DNA from: a virus
Lineage: Duplodnaviria > Caudoviricetes
Strand: one strand, 5' to 3'
IMG/VR virus record: IMGVR_UViG_3300028048_000079
Coordinates: 32,001 to 96,000 of that record
DNA length: 64,000 bases
Shown here: one piece after another, positions 31,101 through 40,680 of the stretch
How positions within the stretch are numbered: position 1 is the first letter of the stretch
How the letters are laid out: each line of letters starts with the position of its first letter
Notes under the pieces: generated by a model
The model's database searches: none
The model's input: the letters and a program-made list of their open reading frames with translations, nothing else
What the model was told of the DNA's origin: nothing
Position numbers and translations under genes: made by a program

Positions 31101-31626
31101 GAGTCATGTTAGAAATTCAGATAAACCGGAAATGGCCGATAGAATTTTCAATAATACAGAACATCAGGCATTGTTTATTGGTGATTTAAATCCTAATATG
31201 ATAAAAAGAATATGGGTGAAATTACCAAGAGAAGATGGGTATGTACATTCAGATGATAACTATCAACCAATGAGTGTCAGAGAGTTTATAAAGAAATTCA
31301 AGGATAAAGAATGGTGCGAAGGTACTGATTATAAGGGAAATTGGAAATATTCCAAGATAAGAAAAGAAAAACTATTCTATCCTAATGAAGATGTTAAATC
31401 ATTTGATGATGTGATTGATAGGATTTGGAAAAATGAAAAAAATTATTATAACAGTCGTGAAGAAGTAAAACAATCACTTGAGTCTTTTGGAATGCTTCAA
31501 AATCCGCCATCAGATAATGCATATGACTTGATTAAAAACGAATTGTGGCCAAAACAGATTATACAACTGTATGGCAAAGAATATTTTAAAAATAACTTTG
31601 ATAGATTAGGACAATGGATACATTAG
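28129..31626 (+). CDS. Large polyvalent protein: ART-PolyVal-like domain, central domain, WG-like repeats, second ART-like domain
   Basis: NFKKWFGDW...SKVVDSNGMPLPVYHGT, VYLNIRNP, YDGVIV, FKPNQIK; linker EAKIREAIKEVLTEALITEG; KWNLIDKNGQYL-type repeats; RVFHGC...GIFVTTD. Confidence 0.7.
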   Translation: MNSENLGTIYSENFKKWFGDWENDPQNASKVVDSNGMPLPVYHGTVCKGKDGLPFKKFKTESNAGDGVMFADNYSVASFFGGHGQARFGNFEEKFAQWPHKDSMDGLVEFLNNVLKNGKYSIRNFNGVYNGEPYEFYRLECEYYGGGSGSTPLGDTEEEALETLRHEVEKEIRYMERNSKQGYTGGVYNVYLNIRNPYIFDAQGSQFHMLRTQFHQKRLTVFELVYFVKQTGKYDGVIVKNVRETTMGNGILTTDYIVFKPNQIKHALDNNGNYGLDTDDMTEAKIREAIKEVLTEALITEGVETKNMKLAKHYLYQKKGFNEQQAMQCIGQIKTDIPNSRLGKCKFMLAMVRMFCDGDFTDGATIMKINKSLKFAASDAHINEYNNDLNGLSAQQLIDKFAVSAQQDLDQDRNDVSSQEYNESNNHYEIVKITSFEEAEEYGDYVSWCVTHYDDMYDSYTSNGNGVFYFCLRDGWQNEPEEPGEGCPLDSYGLSMIAVSVNSDGSCNTITCRWNHDNGGNDNIMTTKQLSEVIGRNFYDVFKPLTLEEIQENQKRILMDIADEVSTIDIEYDAEKLEFDPDYGDTIEADVYVYKSEKDASVIIGEEGEFIIDMVFDSVNYRVGDTMTVYLGKKSNFVTLYYSEGYIVKGKLVSDTWFDQAHNEFNDGYGMVRLNNKWNLIDKNGQYLLKDWHDAIGRRRLKDSYIEVVDNGKTNFINMETNEYLFDRPVAYIFFADDYGTFIRLEGNDYIQVYDPKTLKLRAPWKIQRLLGYCYSSFYCVELTNDEQYLIDNKGNLYGYISKELAYQNPMINTSENESISRNYIDEVRYIDARDEKYNGAVHKKHWTEIYNQEPITDDSRIRVFHGCELKTACNIAINGTSGKTYHTRQYSYEAGMNPLGIFVTTDFETAKKFGVSNSGMAIIEFTAKGSDLETPVWNGQGSYFGQGSNPMPFSNSDERDAQKMQYRQNALNTPDDYYYDDKHQKRDISMSHVRNSDKPEMADRIFNNTEHQALFIGDLNPNMIKRIWVKLPREDGYVHSDDNYQPMSVREFIKKFKDKEWCEGTDYKGNWKYSKIRKEKLFYPNEDVKSFDDVIDRIWKNEKNYYNSREEVKQSLESFGMLQNPPSDNAYDLIKNELWPKQIIQLYGKEYFKNNFDRLGQWIH

Positions 31627-32141
31627 ATAAAATAAAAAACCTAATGAGTAAAATCGACAATACATATAAACAGTCGATTAATGAAGGTGCATGGGGTGTC
31701 GGTCCAAGACAGAGTGACGATTATCTAGATTTGCAAAGCTTTGTTATAGACGATTGCAGAAAAGTCTTCAAAGATTATATAACAGGTAAAAAAGGACAAC
31801 GCGGTAATGAAGGCGCCGATTTTTCGTGCATTGGACTAATTGACTTTATCTTTGAATTTTTCATAAAAATGGATATTGTATTTGTGGATGAAGATAAGTA
31901 CCTTGTCGATGAATATGCTAAATGTATCGAAAATTGTAAGAAAAATGAATGTTGGTTAAGTAAATGGAATCATGATGCTGATATACAAGGCTCTCTTGAC
32001 AATTTAAGTAAAAAATTAGAAATATATAAAAAGTTAGTTGATAATCCAAAACGTGAAGAAGAAAACAAGTTGATTAAAGAACTTGAAAATCTAAAAGACG
32101 ATAAAGGACTACTTGACACGATACATGACCATATGGATTAA
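31614..32141 (+). CDS. Hypothetical protein
   Basis: Leader ending SINE followed by GAWGVG. Confidence 0.55.
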   Translation: MDTLDKIKNLMSKIDNTYKQSINEGAWGVGPRQSDDYLDLQSFVIDDCRKVFKDYITGKKGQRGNEGADFSCIGLIDFIFEFFIKMDIVFVDEDKYLVDEYAKCIENCKKNECWLSKWNHDADIQGSLDNLSKKLEIYKKLVDNPKREEENKLIKELENLKDDKGLLDTIHDHMD

Positions 32142-32216
32142 CATTTTTTAACGGAATTTCTTTGGAAGTTCCGTTTTTTATTTGTAAATTTGCAGAAAAT
32201 TAAGAATGTAAAGTAT

Positions 32217-32621
32217 ATGGTAATTGAAGATTTTACAGAAGAGTACTCAAATAATTGGGTTTCGAATGATAAGTTCCTTTTTAAGAATGACGTTGTTGAG
32301 TTCTATTATCGTTGGACAATTAATGCACATACGTATCAGCCCGGTTGGGATGACGATTGGAATACACGTTATGTCATTCAAATTTTAGTTGATAATGACT
32401 CAAGACATGAAGAGCATAAAACTGATGACATTATGCTAAATGACAGACTTTATTCCTTCTTTATGAAGGAAAGGGAAATCTGTCACAAAAAACTTAATTC
32501 TGATGATTTGCAAAAGGTAATTAACCTAATTGATAAAATTAGGATTGAGCCGAAAATCAAAAAGAACAAATACGAAAAAATAAAGGCCATCCTTAATGGA
32601 GGGCACTTTATGGTATTTTAA
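32217..32621 (+). CDS. Hypothetical protein
   Basis: Start refined to the ATG after the promoter near 32184. Confidence 0.5.
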   Translation: MVIEDFTEEYSNNWVSNDKFLFKNDVVEFYYRWTINAHTYQPGWDDDWNTRYVIQILVDNDSRHEEHKTDDIMLNDRLYSFFMKEREICHKKLNSDDLQKVINLIDKIRIEPKIKKNKYEKIKAILNGGHFMVF

Positions 32622-34009
32622 TAATTTTCAAAACGTCCGCTTTTTGTCGGTTTATTAATTTGCTTGCCGACACCTAAACTGTATTTTGCATTCATTTCTC
32701 CAAAAGTGATTGGAACAATATAGTCAATACCTAACTGTTTGGCTTGCATACAAATATCAGACAATGTTGCGCCGCCACTTATATTATCATCAAAGATAAC
32801 AAATACAGTTCCTTTGATTTTATCCATCTCTTGTTTAACCATATCTGAATTGGGTAAAAAGTAATTTTTCATACCCATTCTGACATTATTCGGAAGGTTC
32901 TTAATCTGGAATTTTTTAGCTTCAAGCCTATGCATAGGTATTTTAGATACTCCACTACCCCTAAAATATGGTTTAACAATATTCCACACATCTTCTGTTT
33001 TTCTTGCTTCAACTTGTGATTTTGTGCCTTTCAAAGTGCCGAAAATCTGAGATGCTTCTAATGCTCTGTTACGCCCTTGTTTCAGTGCATTATATATTTC
33101 TTGCCTTTTGTCATACAATTTCTTATAGAACTTTGCAAGTGCTTCTGGAAATCTATCACCATATTGTTTTCTATTAGTGTTATAGCAACGGTCTAACTGT
33201 GTGTATAGCATATTATATTCATTTATTAATACATTTACATTATTTCTAATATCTTCCGTATTCTTATAATCAGAAAGAGTTTTATCAAGATACTGTTCGT
33301 GAGTAGTATTATCTTCTCCATACTTCCACATATTACTTTTATAATAATCTTTGTTTTTATTAACAAAATCCGTATCTTTTTGAAGATTTGTTAAATCCTT
33401 CTTGAACATTGTTTGATTTATTTTTATTACATTCAATCCAGAAATACTCATATTGTTTGCTAAATCCGTAGCCATACGTTCATTAAACCCACTACTGCTT
33501 GGGACTGGATATATAGAAACCCCAGTAAAATTTACATTACCGTTAGACTGAGTTTTAAAATTATTTATTGCCCATGAAACGACATAACTAACCTTTTTGG
33601 AAAATTGATTTAAAAACTCTCTATATTCAGCGTCATTCATCCACAAGTCATAAGACTCTTTCTGACCGTCGCCATCAAGGTCAACATTCATTTTTGCATG
33701 TTTATTTTTGAAATAATGCATAATTTCAGTACCACGTATTGATGTGATATTATAGGACATTATACCACCCTTTAACGGCACTTCATATGTGTCAGAATTA
33801 TTTTGGTCCATTTTACCGGTATTTAACAATTCAGCCGGGTTTAATTGACCAAAGTTTTTAGTTTGATTTGCGCTTTTACGTTTATTATATGTTAATTGAA
33901 TTCTGTTTTTACCCTTCTTGTTACTAGCGTAAACATCTTCATTTAATACATCTTCACCATTGACGTAATACTTGTAAGCCTCTTCTGTTATTTTAATAAT
34001 CCTATTCAT
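32618..34009 (-). CDS. Protein with a type I phosphoribosyltransferase motif
   Basis: IYPVPSS and the PRPP-binding loop VFVIFDDNISGGATL. Confidence 0.65.
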   Translation of the reverse strand: MNRIIKITEEAYKYYVNGEDVLNEDVYASNKKGKNRIQLTYNKRKSANQTKNFGQLNPAELLNTGKMDQNNSDTYEVPLKGGIMSYNITSIRGTEIMHYFKNKHAKMNVDLDGDGQKESYDLWMNDAEYREFLNQFSKKVSYVVSWAINNFKTQSNGNVNFTGVSIYPVPSSSGFNERMATDLANNMSISGLNVIKINQTMFKKDLTNLQKDTDFVNKNKDYYKSNMWKYGEDNTTHEQYLDKTLSDYKNTEDIRNNVNVLINEYNMLYTQLDRCYNTNRKQYGDRFPEALAKFYKKLYDKRQEIYNALKQGRNRALEASQIFGTLKGTKSQVEARKTEDVWNIVKPYFRGSGVSKIPMHRLEAKKFQIKNLPNNVRMGMKNYFLPNSDMVKQEMDKIKGTVFVIFDDNISGGATLSDICMQAKQLGIDYIVPITFGEMNAKYSLGVGKQINKPTKSGRFENY

Positions 34010-34033
34010 TCTTTTTTTCGAACTTTTTTTTAT

Positions 34034-35017
34034 TTATTCGTGGACAAAAATGCATGTCTTTTTACTCCATTCCTCATTTAATTCATCATAATATAATTGG
34101 ACAACACCATAGTATCGTTTAGCAATTTTATGAATTAATCTTTCTGCCCACTTGGAAAGCATTTTTCGATACTTCTCCGCATTAAACTGATTTGAATTTA
34201 ATTTTGGTACAGATGCATCACGATAATTCTTAAGTATAAATAAGTTGAGATTAAATAATTCCGCATCATTGGATTTGTCAAGCCCATCAAAAAAACCAAT
34301 TTCTGTTTTTTTAAGATTATTATATGACAAGGTTTCTTTGAATTTTTCTTTTACATTTGAATGATGTGCATTTAATCCTTTTAACTCTTGTTTTAATTGA
34401 TTTGTATAAGAATTGCCTTCTGTATAGTTACTAAAATAACATAGCCATGCAATATTTCTTAACAACTGACTATTTGATTTATAATTGTCTTTCATGAAAA
34501 TGGCGTTGCTTGATGTTTTCTTGTTAATGAACAACCCCTCTCCACCTCTTATTAAGTCATTCCAATCATCATATAAATGTCCTACTTCATGTGAAACAAC
34601 GTATCTAATTTTAGATGCATTATATTTTCCTTCGTCCGAAACAGGGAAAATAAATGTTAAATAAGCCATATCAAGTTTATTATCTTCTGTTAATGTTTCA
34701 TTTGAATTAGAAAAACCACTATACAGCGCCTTATCTGATATATCTTCCCCATAATTAAGAGCAATATTTATATTAATTGTCTTAAAATAAAGATTATATG
34801 AAGTAGTAAAATTAGTTTCAAAAGAACCTTTATATAAATCAACCATATCAGAAACATAATTGCAAACTGTCATTTCAACCTCTGACTTAACCTTGTCTAA
34901 AAATTCAGGATAATGTAATGCCTCATCAATAATGGACTTCCTTTGATATTTTAACACATCTTCTCCATTGACGTAATAGTTGTAAGTATCTTCTGTTATC
35001 TTAATAATCCTATTCAT
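34034..35017 (-). CDS. Zincin-like (HExxH) protein, paralog of 38576..39595
   Basis: VSHEVGHLYDDWN with a downstream Glu; shares HYPxFLD and YxGVVQ with 38576..39595. Confidence 0.65.
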   Translation of the reverse strand: MNRIIKITEDTYNYYVNGEDVLKYQRKSIIDEALHYPEFLDKVKSEVEMTVCNYVSDMVDLYKGSFETNFTTSYNLYFKTININIALNYGEDISDKALYSGFSNSNETLTEDNKLDMAYLTFIFPVSDEGKYNASKIRYVVSHEVGHLYDDWNDLIRGGEGLFINKKTSSNAIFMKDNYKSNSQLLRNIAWLCYFSNYTEGNSYTNQLKQELKGLNAHHSNVKEKFKETLSYNNLKKTEIGFFDGLDKSNDAELFNLNLFILKNYRDASVPKLNSNQFNAEKYRKMLSKWAERLIHKIAKRYYGVVQLYYDELNEEWSKKTCIFVHE

Positions 35018-35107
35018 TTATACCAAGCATTCTTATCATAAGATAATTATAATAAATTTAACCAAAATAATTTGGTAAAATCAATATAAAATAGTATATT
35101 TGCCAAC

Positions 35108-35299
35108 ATGATAGACAATACGGGAATAAACTGGGAACAAGCAAGAGTTGATGCTGCCATCAACATCATGAACGCTATACTAAGCAGTTCTGTAATGACG
35201 TTTGTATTACAATTCATTTTTAAACGTCAATTGGCTGACCTTGCCGTGGATTATGCAGATAAACTCATTGAAGAACTTAAAAGAAAAAAACATGACTAA
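35108..35299 (+). CDS. Small phage protein
   Basis: INWEQARVDAAI...AVDYADKLIEELK pattern; promoter at 35095. Confidence 0.6.
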   Translation: MIDNTGINWEQARVDAAINIMNAILSSSVMTFVLQFIFKRQLADLAVDYADKLIEELKRKKHD

Positions 35300-35777
35300 A
35301 TACATATTTTTAGATATTGACTATACACTATCTTCCAAAGATTGGGAACGGTACTACAGGGACAAAGGATTACAATACTTTGCAGAAGTAGACCCGGATA
35401 TCGATTTCCGTGCAGTAGAACGAGTAAATAAACTTGTAGAAGCAACCAATGCTAAAATTATTCTTTCATCATCTTGGCGTTTCTACTTATCCGAAACAAT
35501 TAACAGACTTAGAAATTCAGGTCTTAAATACCCTATTTCAGATATCATCAAGGGTGAAGAATGTGTTTATAGTGACAACTGGCCGGATGTAAAACACCCG
35601 ACAAGAGGTGATTTGATAAATGATTTTATCAAAGAACACCCATGTGATAGATATGTAATACTTGATGATACCAATGATATGACAGAGGAACAACAACCGT
35701 TCCTTGTACAAACATCAGTTGAATATGGTTTCAATGATGAAGACTTGGAAAAGGCAATAAATATACTTAATATTTGA
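35292..35777 (+). CDS. HAD-superfamily phosphatase (Swiss-Army-knife RNA-repair HAD-like)
   Basis: IFLDIDYTL, ILSSSWR, TRGDLI, YVILDD; start refined to ATG 35292. Confidence 0.75.
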   Translation: MTKYIFLDIDYTLSSKDWERYYRDKGLQYFAEVDPDIDFRAVERVNKLVEATNAKIILSSSWRFYLSETINRLRNSGLKYPISDIIKGEECVYSDNWPDVKHPTRGDLINDFIKEHPCDRYVILDDTNDMTEEQQPFLVQTSVEYGFNDEDLEKAINILNI

Positions 35778-35828
35778 ATAACAAGGCATATTTATAATAT
35801 ATAACGTTATAATAAAGAAATATTAGTC

Positions 35829-37475
35829 ATGGCTAAGTATAATTTAAATAGAAAACAATTGCAAGAACATATTGAGGCTGTATTGGCAGAAGCCCTATAT
35901 GACAATGATATGTCAAATCTTGCTAAAACAACCGGCGAAACAATGGACGATGACTTCCTCGATTCAGTTGCTTATTATGATAATATAAATAACGGTCCTG
36001 AAGGCCCTGTTTATGCTGATAGAAAAGCAGAAGAAATGTCATCCGATTGGAGAGAAATAGATGACCAAGCAGCAGATACACAAGCCAAATACGGAAAAAA
36101 TGCTGATGAACTTGATAAACTCAATGCATTCTCAGATACTATTGACCAATATGTCAATGACACAAATCTGAATGGATATGAGGACAATAGTGGCTTCATG
36201 GCTATGCGTGACTATGATGATGCACGTGCAGAAGCAGAACACCCAATGGAGTCAATTATCCGTAAAATGGTCAAAGAAGCATTGTCAACTGTGCATGTTG
36301 GGGATTATGACAAACCAAATCATCCGGATGATTTCTCAAACAATTACAGAACCAACGCGCATAAATTTGCACATGATGGTGTAGATGCTTATTTCGCAAG
36401 AAAAGACCAAGATAAAATGCACAAAAAAGAAAAGGATAACATGAAACGTGCAGATAAACGTGCAATGGCTGCTGCTGATAAACGTCCGTTACACCGTAAA
36501 GGCTCTCTTAACCGTGCATTTGAAAGTAAAATAAGAAATATGGTCAAAGAAGCACTTAACGAATATTCAGATGATGATGCCTTTTGGAAACAACAGCAAG
36601 ATGATGAGATGAGTTATGATATGAGAGAACTCACCAAGGCAATGCAACAAGCCAACGGTACATATCATGCAAAATCATCTGACGGACAATTCCAAACCGG
36701 TGATAAAGTAATTGTACACGGTAGAACTCAAAATATAGAAGGTGTCATTAAAGATTTCGGTACACACCTCATGACATGGGAAGAAACTTGTGATGTTGAT
36801 TATGAGAAAGACGGAAAAACATGGACATTGCTATCAGTTCCCCTTAACAAAATCGAAAAGGTAACTGCAAACGAAGGAAAAATTCATGAGGAAATAGATA
36901 CAGGCCAAGTACGTTCATCACAGGATAACGAAGACTCTAAAAGACATAGGTTAAAAAGAGATGAGGCGAATAAAGAAATTAACAGACAAATAAGGAAATT
37001 ACGTCAACAAATTTCTGATTATGAGGATGATGGAAAAGATACAACACCACTTACTAATAAAATCAAATCACTGAAAAAACAACTTAAAGAGTCGTGGTAT
37101 CCAGAAGAAGATGACGATTTGTCAGACTATTCATATGGTGCAATCATGAAACTTAACGTCGACGGAATGTTCGATGAATTGACACCTGAGAAAGTACAGG
37201 AATTGCAATCAGTAAAGGATGAATATATTGACAATTCCAATAACTATTCATCAGTCTTGGTAAGACAAATCTTACTTCAACCAGATGGATTTGATGGATA
37301 TGATGTGTCAGTAGAGGTTGCTGTATCTTCTCCTGATATGCCAATGGATGCAATCGAAGAAGAAGTTGAAAGCATGGTTTGGTACTACATCGAAGAGAAA
37401 ACTGGCGTAAGAAGCCCAAGAGTCTACATAGTAGATGAAAAGGAAGTATTCGACAGACGTTCAAAAAATAGATAA
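35829..37475 (+). CDS. Multi-segment acidic late/virion-internal protein
   Basis: Repeated linker ESIIRKMVKEAL / ESKIRNMVKEALNE; TATTTAT box at 35788-35795. Confidence 0.6.
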   Translation: MAKYNLNRKQLQEHIEAVLAEALYDNDMSNLAKTTGETMDDDFLDSVAYYDNINNGPEGPVYADRKAEEMSSDWREIDDQAADTQAKYGKNADELDKLNAFSDTIDQYVNDTNLNGYEDNSGFMAMRDYDDARAEAEHPMESIIRKMVKEALSTVHVGDYDKPNHPDDFSNNYRTNAHKFAHDGVDAYFARKDQDKMHKKEKDNMKRADKRAMAAADKRPLHRKGSLNRAFESKIRNMVKEALNEYSDDDAFWKQQQDDEMSYDMRELTKAMQQANGTYHAKSSDGQFQTGDKVIVHGRTQNIEGVIKDFGTHLMTWEETCDVDYEKDGKTWTLLSVPLNKIEKVTANEGKIHEEIDTGQVRSSQDNEDSKRHRLKRDEANKEINRQIRKLRQQISDYEDDGKDTTPLTNKIKSLKKQLKESWYPEEDDDLSDYSYGAIMKLNVDGMFDELTPEKVQELQSVKDEYIDNSNNYSSVLVRQILLQPDGFDGYDVSVEVAVSSPDMPMDAIEEEVESMVWYYIEEKTGVRSPRVYIVDEKEVFDRRSKNR

Positions 37476-37506
37476 AATAAAAACATATGTATCATAACAT
37501 ATATAA

Positions 37507-38196
37507 ATGGCACAGAAAATAAATCAAAAACAATTTGTTAATATTGTCAAAGAAACAATAACCAAAACACTTAAAGAAAGCGGTTTCGATGGATATGATA
37601 TGCAGCCACAAACTCCTATAACCAAACAACAGCAGATAGATGCCTCATGGAATGAGTTTAATGATACCAATAAAAAGAATCTTGAAAGGCAAAAGAAAGA
37701 CGGAAATGTAAGTGCATTCCTTGACAGCAACATCAATACACAGGACTTCAAAGGGCAACTTGGTATGAACACAATGTCTTCTGATAAGAATGTGGCTGAT
37801 ATGGCGCAACTTGTCAGAGGCACACCAAGACAGACAGCACAGAGATTTGATAAATACTCAAAACAAAAATATATGGAATCGAAAAAACGAAAATTCAATA
37901 TGACCGAAAGCCAACTTAATAACCTTATTAAAGAATGTATAACAGAAGTGTTGGCAGAAAGAACTAAAAAACAATTGAAAGAATCAGATGAATTTAAACC
38001 AACAGGGTATAGAACTGTCTCTAATTTAGGAGGACATGAGGTGCAAATTCATCCGTCTGGTGATTCAGCACGTTTTAAATTCTATGGCGGACAACCAACT
38101 GACTGGATGGAAATTGATTTCGATGAGAATGGCGCTGCATATGTTGAAACTGAAAGAGGAAAAGAATTATTAGCAGATTATATGAGATATCAATAA
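37507..38196 (+). CDS. Late/virion-internal protein
   Basis: Leader ending TLKES; linker MTESQLNNLIKECITEVLAE...LKES. Confidence 0.6.
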   Translation: MAQKINQKQFVNIVKETITKTLKESGFDGYDMQPQTPITKQQQIDASWNEFNDTNKKNLERQKKDGNVSAFLDSNINTQDFKGQLGMNTMSSDKNVADMAQLVRGTPRQTAQRFDKYSKQKYMESKKRKFNMTESQLNNLIKECITEVLAERTKKQLKESDEFKPTGYRTVSNLGGHEVQIHPSGDSARFKFYGGQPTDWMEIDFDENGAAYVETERGKELLADYMRYQ

Positions 38197-38205
38197 TATA
38201 CAAAA

Positions 38206-38237
38206 GAAGGCTTGGAAAACAAAAATCCAAGCCTTTT
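38206..38237. terminator. Intrinsic terminator between convergent genes
   Basis: AAGGCTTGGA...TCCAAGCCTTTT. Confidence 0.7.
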
Positions 38238-38243
38238 CAATTT

Positions 38244-38528
38244 TTAGTCATTAAGTATAACACTATCTCCTCCTGTGCCACCTTGCTCGTATTTCTCAGA
38301 AACTACCTTGGTAATTCCGCCACTTGCCAAAACAGCAGACACAGCACCAATATATGCTGCCATACCTGTTAAATCCGTAGCAATAGTGTGCATATATATT
38401 GCTTCAATAGATAAAGCAAAAACAGGTACCAATAACAATAAGCAACCAATAATGGTTACACAAACAAGAAAAAAATTCTTGCTGCTAACACCGGTGTTGT
38501 TCCTTATTAACTTTGAAAAAAATAACAT
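38244..38528 (-). CDS. Small two-TM membrane protein (holin-like)
   Basis: Two hydrophobic helices in 94 aa; TATTTAT box at 38547-38554. Confidence 0.45.
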   Translation of the reverse strand: MLFFSKLIRNNTGVSSKNFFLVCVTIIGCLLLLVPVFALSIEAIYMHTIATDLTGMAAYIGAVSAVLASGGITKVVSEKYEQGGTGGDSVILND

Positions 38529-38575
38529 GCCATTCCTATTATAGAAATAAATATGTTATTATAAAACAAAATCAC

Positions 38576-39595
38576 TTATTTCCTAAATATAGGAACTACA
38601 TTTTTACCACCATATGCCATATATTCTTTTTGCCTATCATTAAGGTAACATTGTACAACGCCTGCATAACGATGCAAAATACCATTTATAATTTTATCAC
38701 ACCACCTATGTAACTTATTTCTGTATGCTTCTGCATCAAAACCGCTGGCATTCATCTTTGGAATTGAATTTCCCTTATAGTTCTCCAAAGCCCACTTATT
38801 AACATTTTCTAATTCTTCAGCATCAGCATATTTTAAATCTTCCAAAAAATTGCCACGTCCGTCAGTTACATTAATATAACACGCACATTCTTTTAGTTTT
38901 TCACGATAATTAGAATAGTCTGTGCCACAAGACTCAAGTTCTTGATATAACTGGGAAACAAATGCCTTTCTTTCACTGTTTATGCTCAAATAAAGCATAT
39001 ATACCAATGATTGTATTATATTGCTGAATTTATCACTTCCATAAACCAACACATCATTTACAGCATCATTGTTAATTTCTTCCTTTTTATTATTAAAGAT
39101 ACCCGGACCACCGTTCATCAAACTATTCCAATCATCATAAAGATGTGTAACCTCATGAGAAACAGTCCCTAAAATAAACCCCGGATTTATCTCACCATTT
39201 TGGCTAACAGGTATGCTTAAATATAACTTGCAACCTAATAAATAATTCAACTCATCCAATTTCTCACCAGATTCACATGCTCCACTATACATATAAGAAT
39301 CATGCATATTGCCACCATAGTGAAGACTGATATCAATACTGAGATGATTAAAATATAATCTGTTATCAATGTATCTGTCAAACACTTGCTTACTTACATG
39401 GTTCTCAATCATGCCCTTTATTAAATCAATGCAAATATTTGATACCTTTAACTTAACGGCATCCAAAAACCTTGGATAATGCATTTCCTCACACAGTATA
39501 ATATCACTATACTGCTGCTCATTAACAATAACAGACTTTGGCTCACGATTAAGTCCAATTAATTCCTTTAATATCTTATCCTTTTTGTAAACCAT
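38576..39595 (-). CDS. Zincin-like (HExxH) protein, paralog of 34034..35017
   Basis: VSHEVTHLYDDWN; SERKAF. Confidence 0.65.
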   Translation of the reverse strand: MVYKKDKILKELIGLNREPKSVIVNEQQYSDIILCEEMHYPRFLDAVKLKVSNICIDLIKGMIENHVSKQVFDRYIDNRLYFNHLSIDISLHYGGNMHDSYMYSGACESGEKLDELNYLLGCKLYLSIPVSQNGEINPGFILGTVSHEVTHLYDDWNSLMNGGPGIFNNKKEEINNDAVNDVLVYGSDKFSNIIQSLVYMLYLSINSERKAFVSQLYQELESCGTDYSNYREKLKECACYINVTDGRGNFLEDLKYADAEELENVNKWALENYKGNSIPKMNASGFDAEAYRNKLHRWCDKIINGILHRYAGVVQCYLNDRQKEYMAYGGKNVVPIFRK

Positions 39596-40178
39596 TTACT
39601 TCATTCCTTTCCTTTAATTTCTTTTTATATTCAATATATTCTTCAGAAGAAACATCTGCATAACCAACTATGCTTATAGTAGGAACATGCTCATGAGTAT
39701 CACCCTCACCTAAACAATATACATGATAACTGTCATCAAAACTATCAACCTCAATTCCACGTACTTTAACCTCTTCAATGCTTATTGGTGGCATACAAAC
39801 AATACCTGTATATACATTGTTGTGCCCATCAATCCATTTAATAATGTCACCACGCTTGTAATCATATTTACTTGCTATATGACCCTTGTATTCTTTTGTA
39901 ACCTCATGAACCATTACAACAGAACCATCAATGAGCTTGTATTGACGGGTACATTCCCAACCATCAAACCCACCATCATTTACAGACAATGAATTGTCAA
40001 TTACATACTCATCAGTAATAAACATCTTGTAAGAACTGTCAGCCTCACATAAATCTTTAATTACTGCTTCAGCCTTTTCATAGGTACTGTAATAACCTAC
40101 AAAAGAATTGAAAAGCATTTCATCTTTGTCAATATCAGCATAGTCATATACTGACTTTAATTCAATTATTGTATTCAT
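39576..40178 (-). CDS. Hypothetical protein
   Basis: 200 aa ORF coupled to its neighbours. Confidence 0.6.
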   Translation of the reverse strand: MNTIIELKSVYDYADIDKDEMLFNSFVGYYSTYEKAEAVIKDLCEADSSYKMFITDEYVIDNSLSVNDGGFDGWECTRQYKLIDGSVVMVHEVTKEYKGHIASKYDYKRGDIIKWIDGHNNVYTGIVCMPPISIEEVKVRGIEVDSFDDSYHVYCLGEGDTHEHVPTISIVGYADVSSEEYIEYKKKLKERNEVNGLQKG

Positions 40179-40648
40179 ATTTTATCAATTTTTTTTATGG
40201 TTTCAACTTTTAACCTTACTGTCATTCTATGTCTATCACCTTTTCTATGTATAGTTTCCGTTTTTAATGTTTTGTAATCTGTTTTAATAATATCTTTATC
40301 ATAAAATAAATGTTCATCAATTACATAAGGAAAACAGATATTATAAACTTTTATATTAGGGGATATCAAACTTATATCTAAATCATCATTATCTTCCCAC
40401 GTTATAAGAGCAAAATAATCCACCGAATTTGAGTCATAATTCTTATCTTTGAATTTATCCCCAATAATAACATCTTCTTCAATTATCGTACATTTAACAT
40501 CAACGACATCATCTGGCTTTGCACCATAATAATGAGCATGTCTTTTATCAATTTCAAATGCAGTAAAAAATACTTTATCTGATTTATTAGTTTCTAATAC
40601 TGCCGTTGTTATAAAAGAAGTACCGACTTTATAATCTTCTATCTTCAT
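40175..40648 (-). CDS. Hypothetical protein
   Basis: 157 aa ORF. Confidence 0.6.
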   Translation of the reverse strand: MKIEDYKVGTSFITTAVLETNKSDKVFFTAFEIDKRHAHYYGAKPDDVVDVKCTIIEEDVIIGDKFKDKNYDSNSVDYFALITWEDNDDLDISLISPNIKVYNICFPYVIDEHLFYDKDIIKTDYKTLKTETIHRKGDRHRMTVRLKVETIKKIDKI

Positions 40649-40680
40649 TTTAAATATATACTAATTCTATTTTGAAAATC

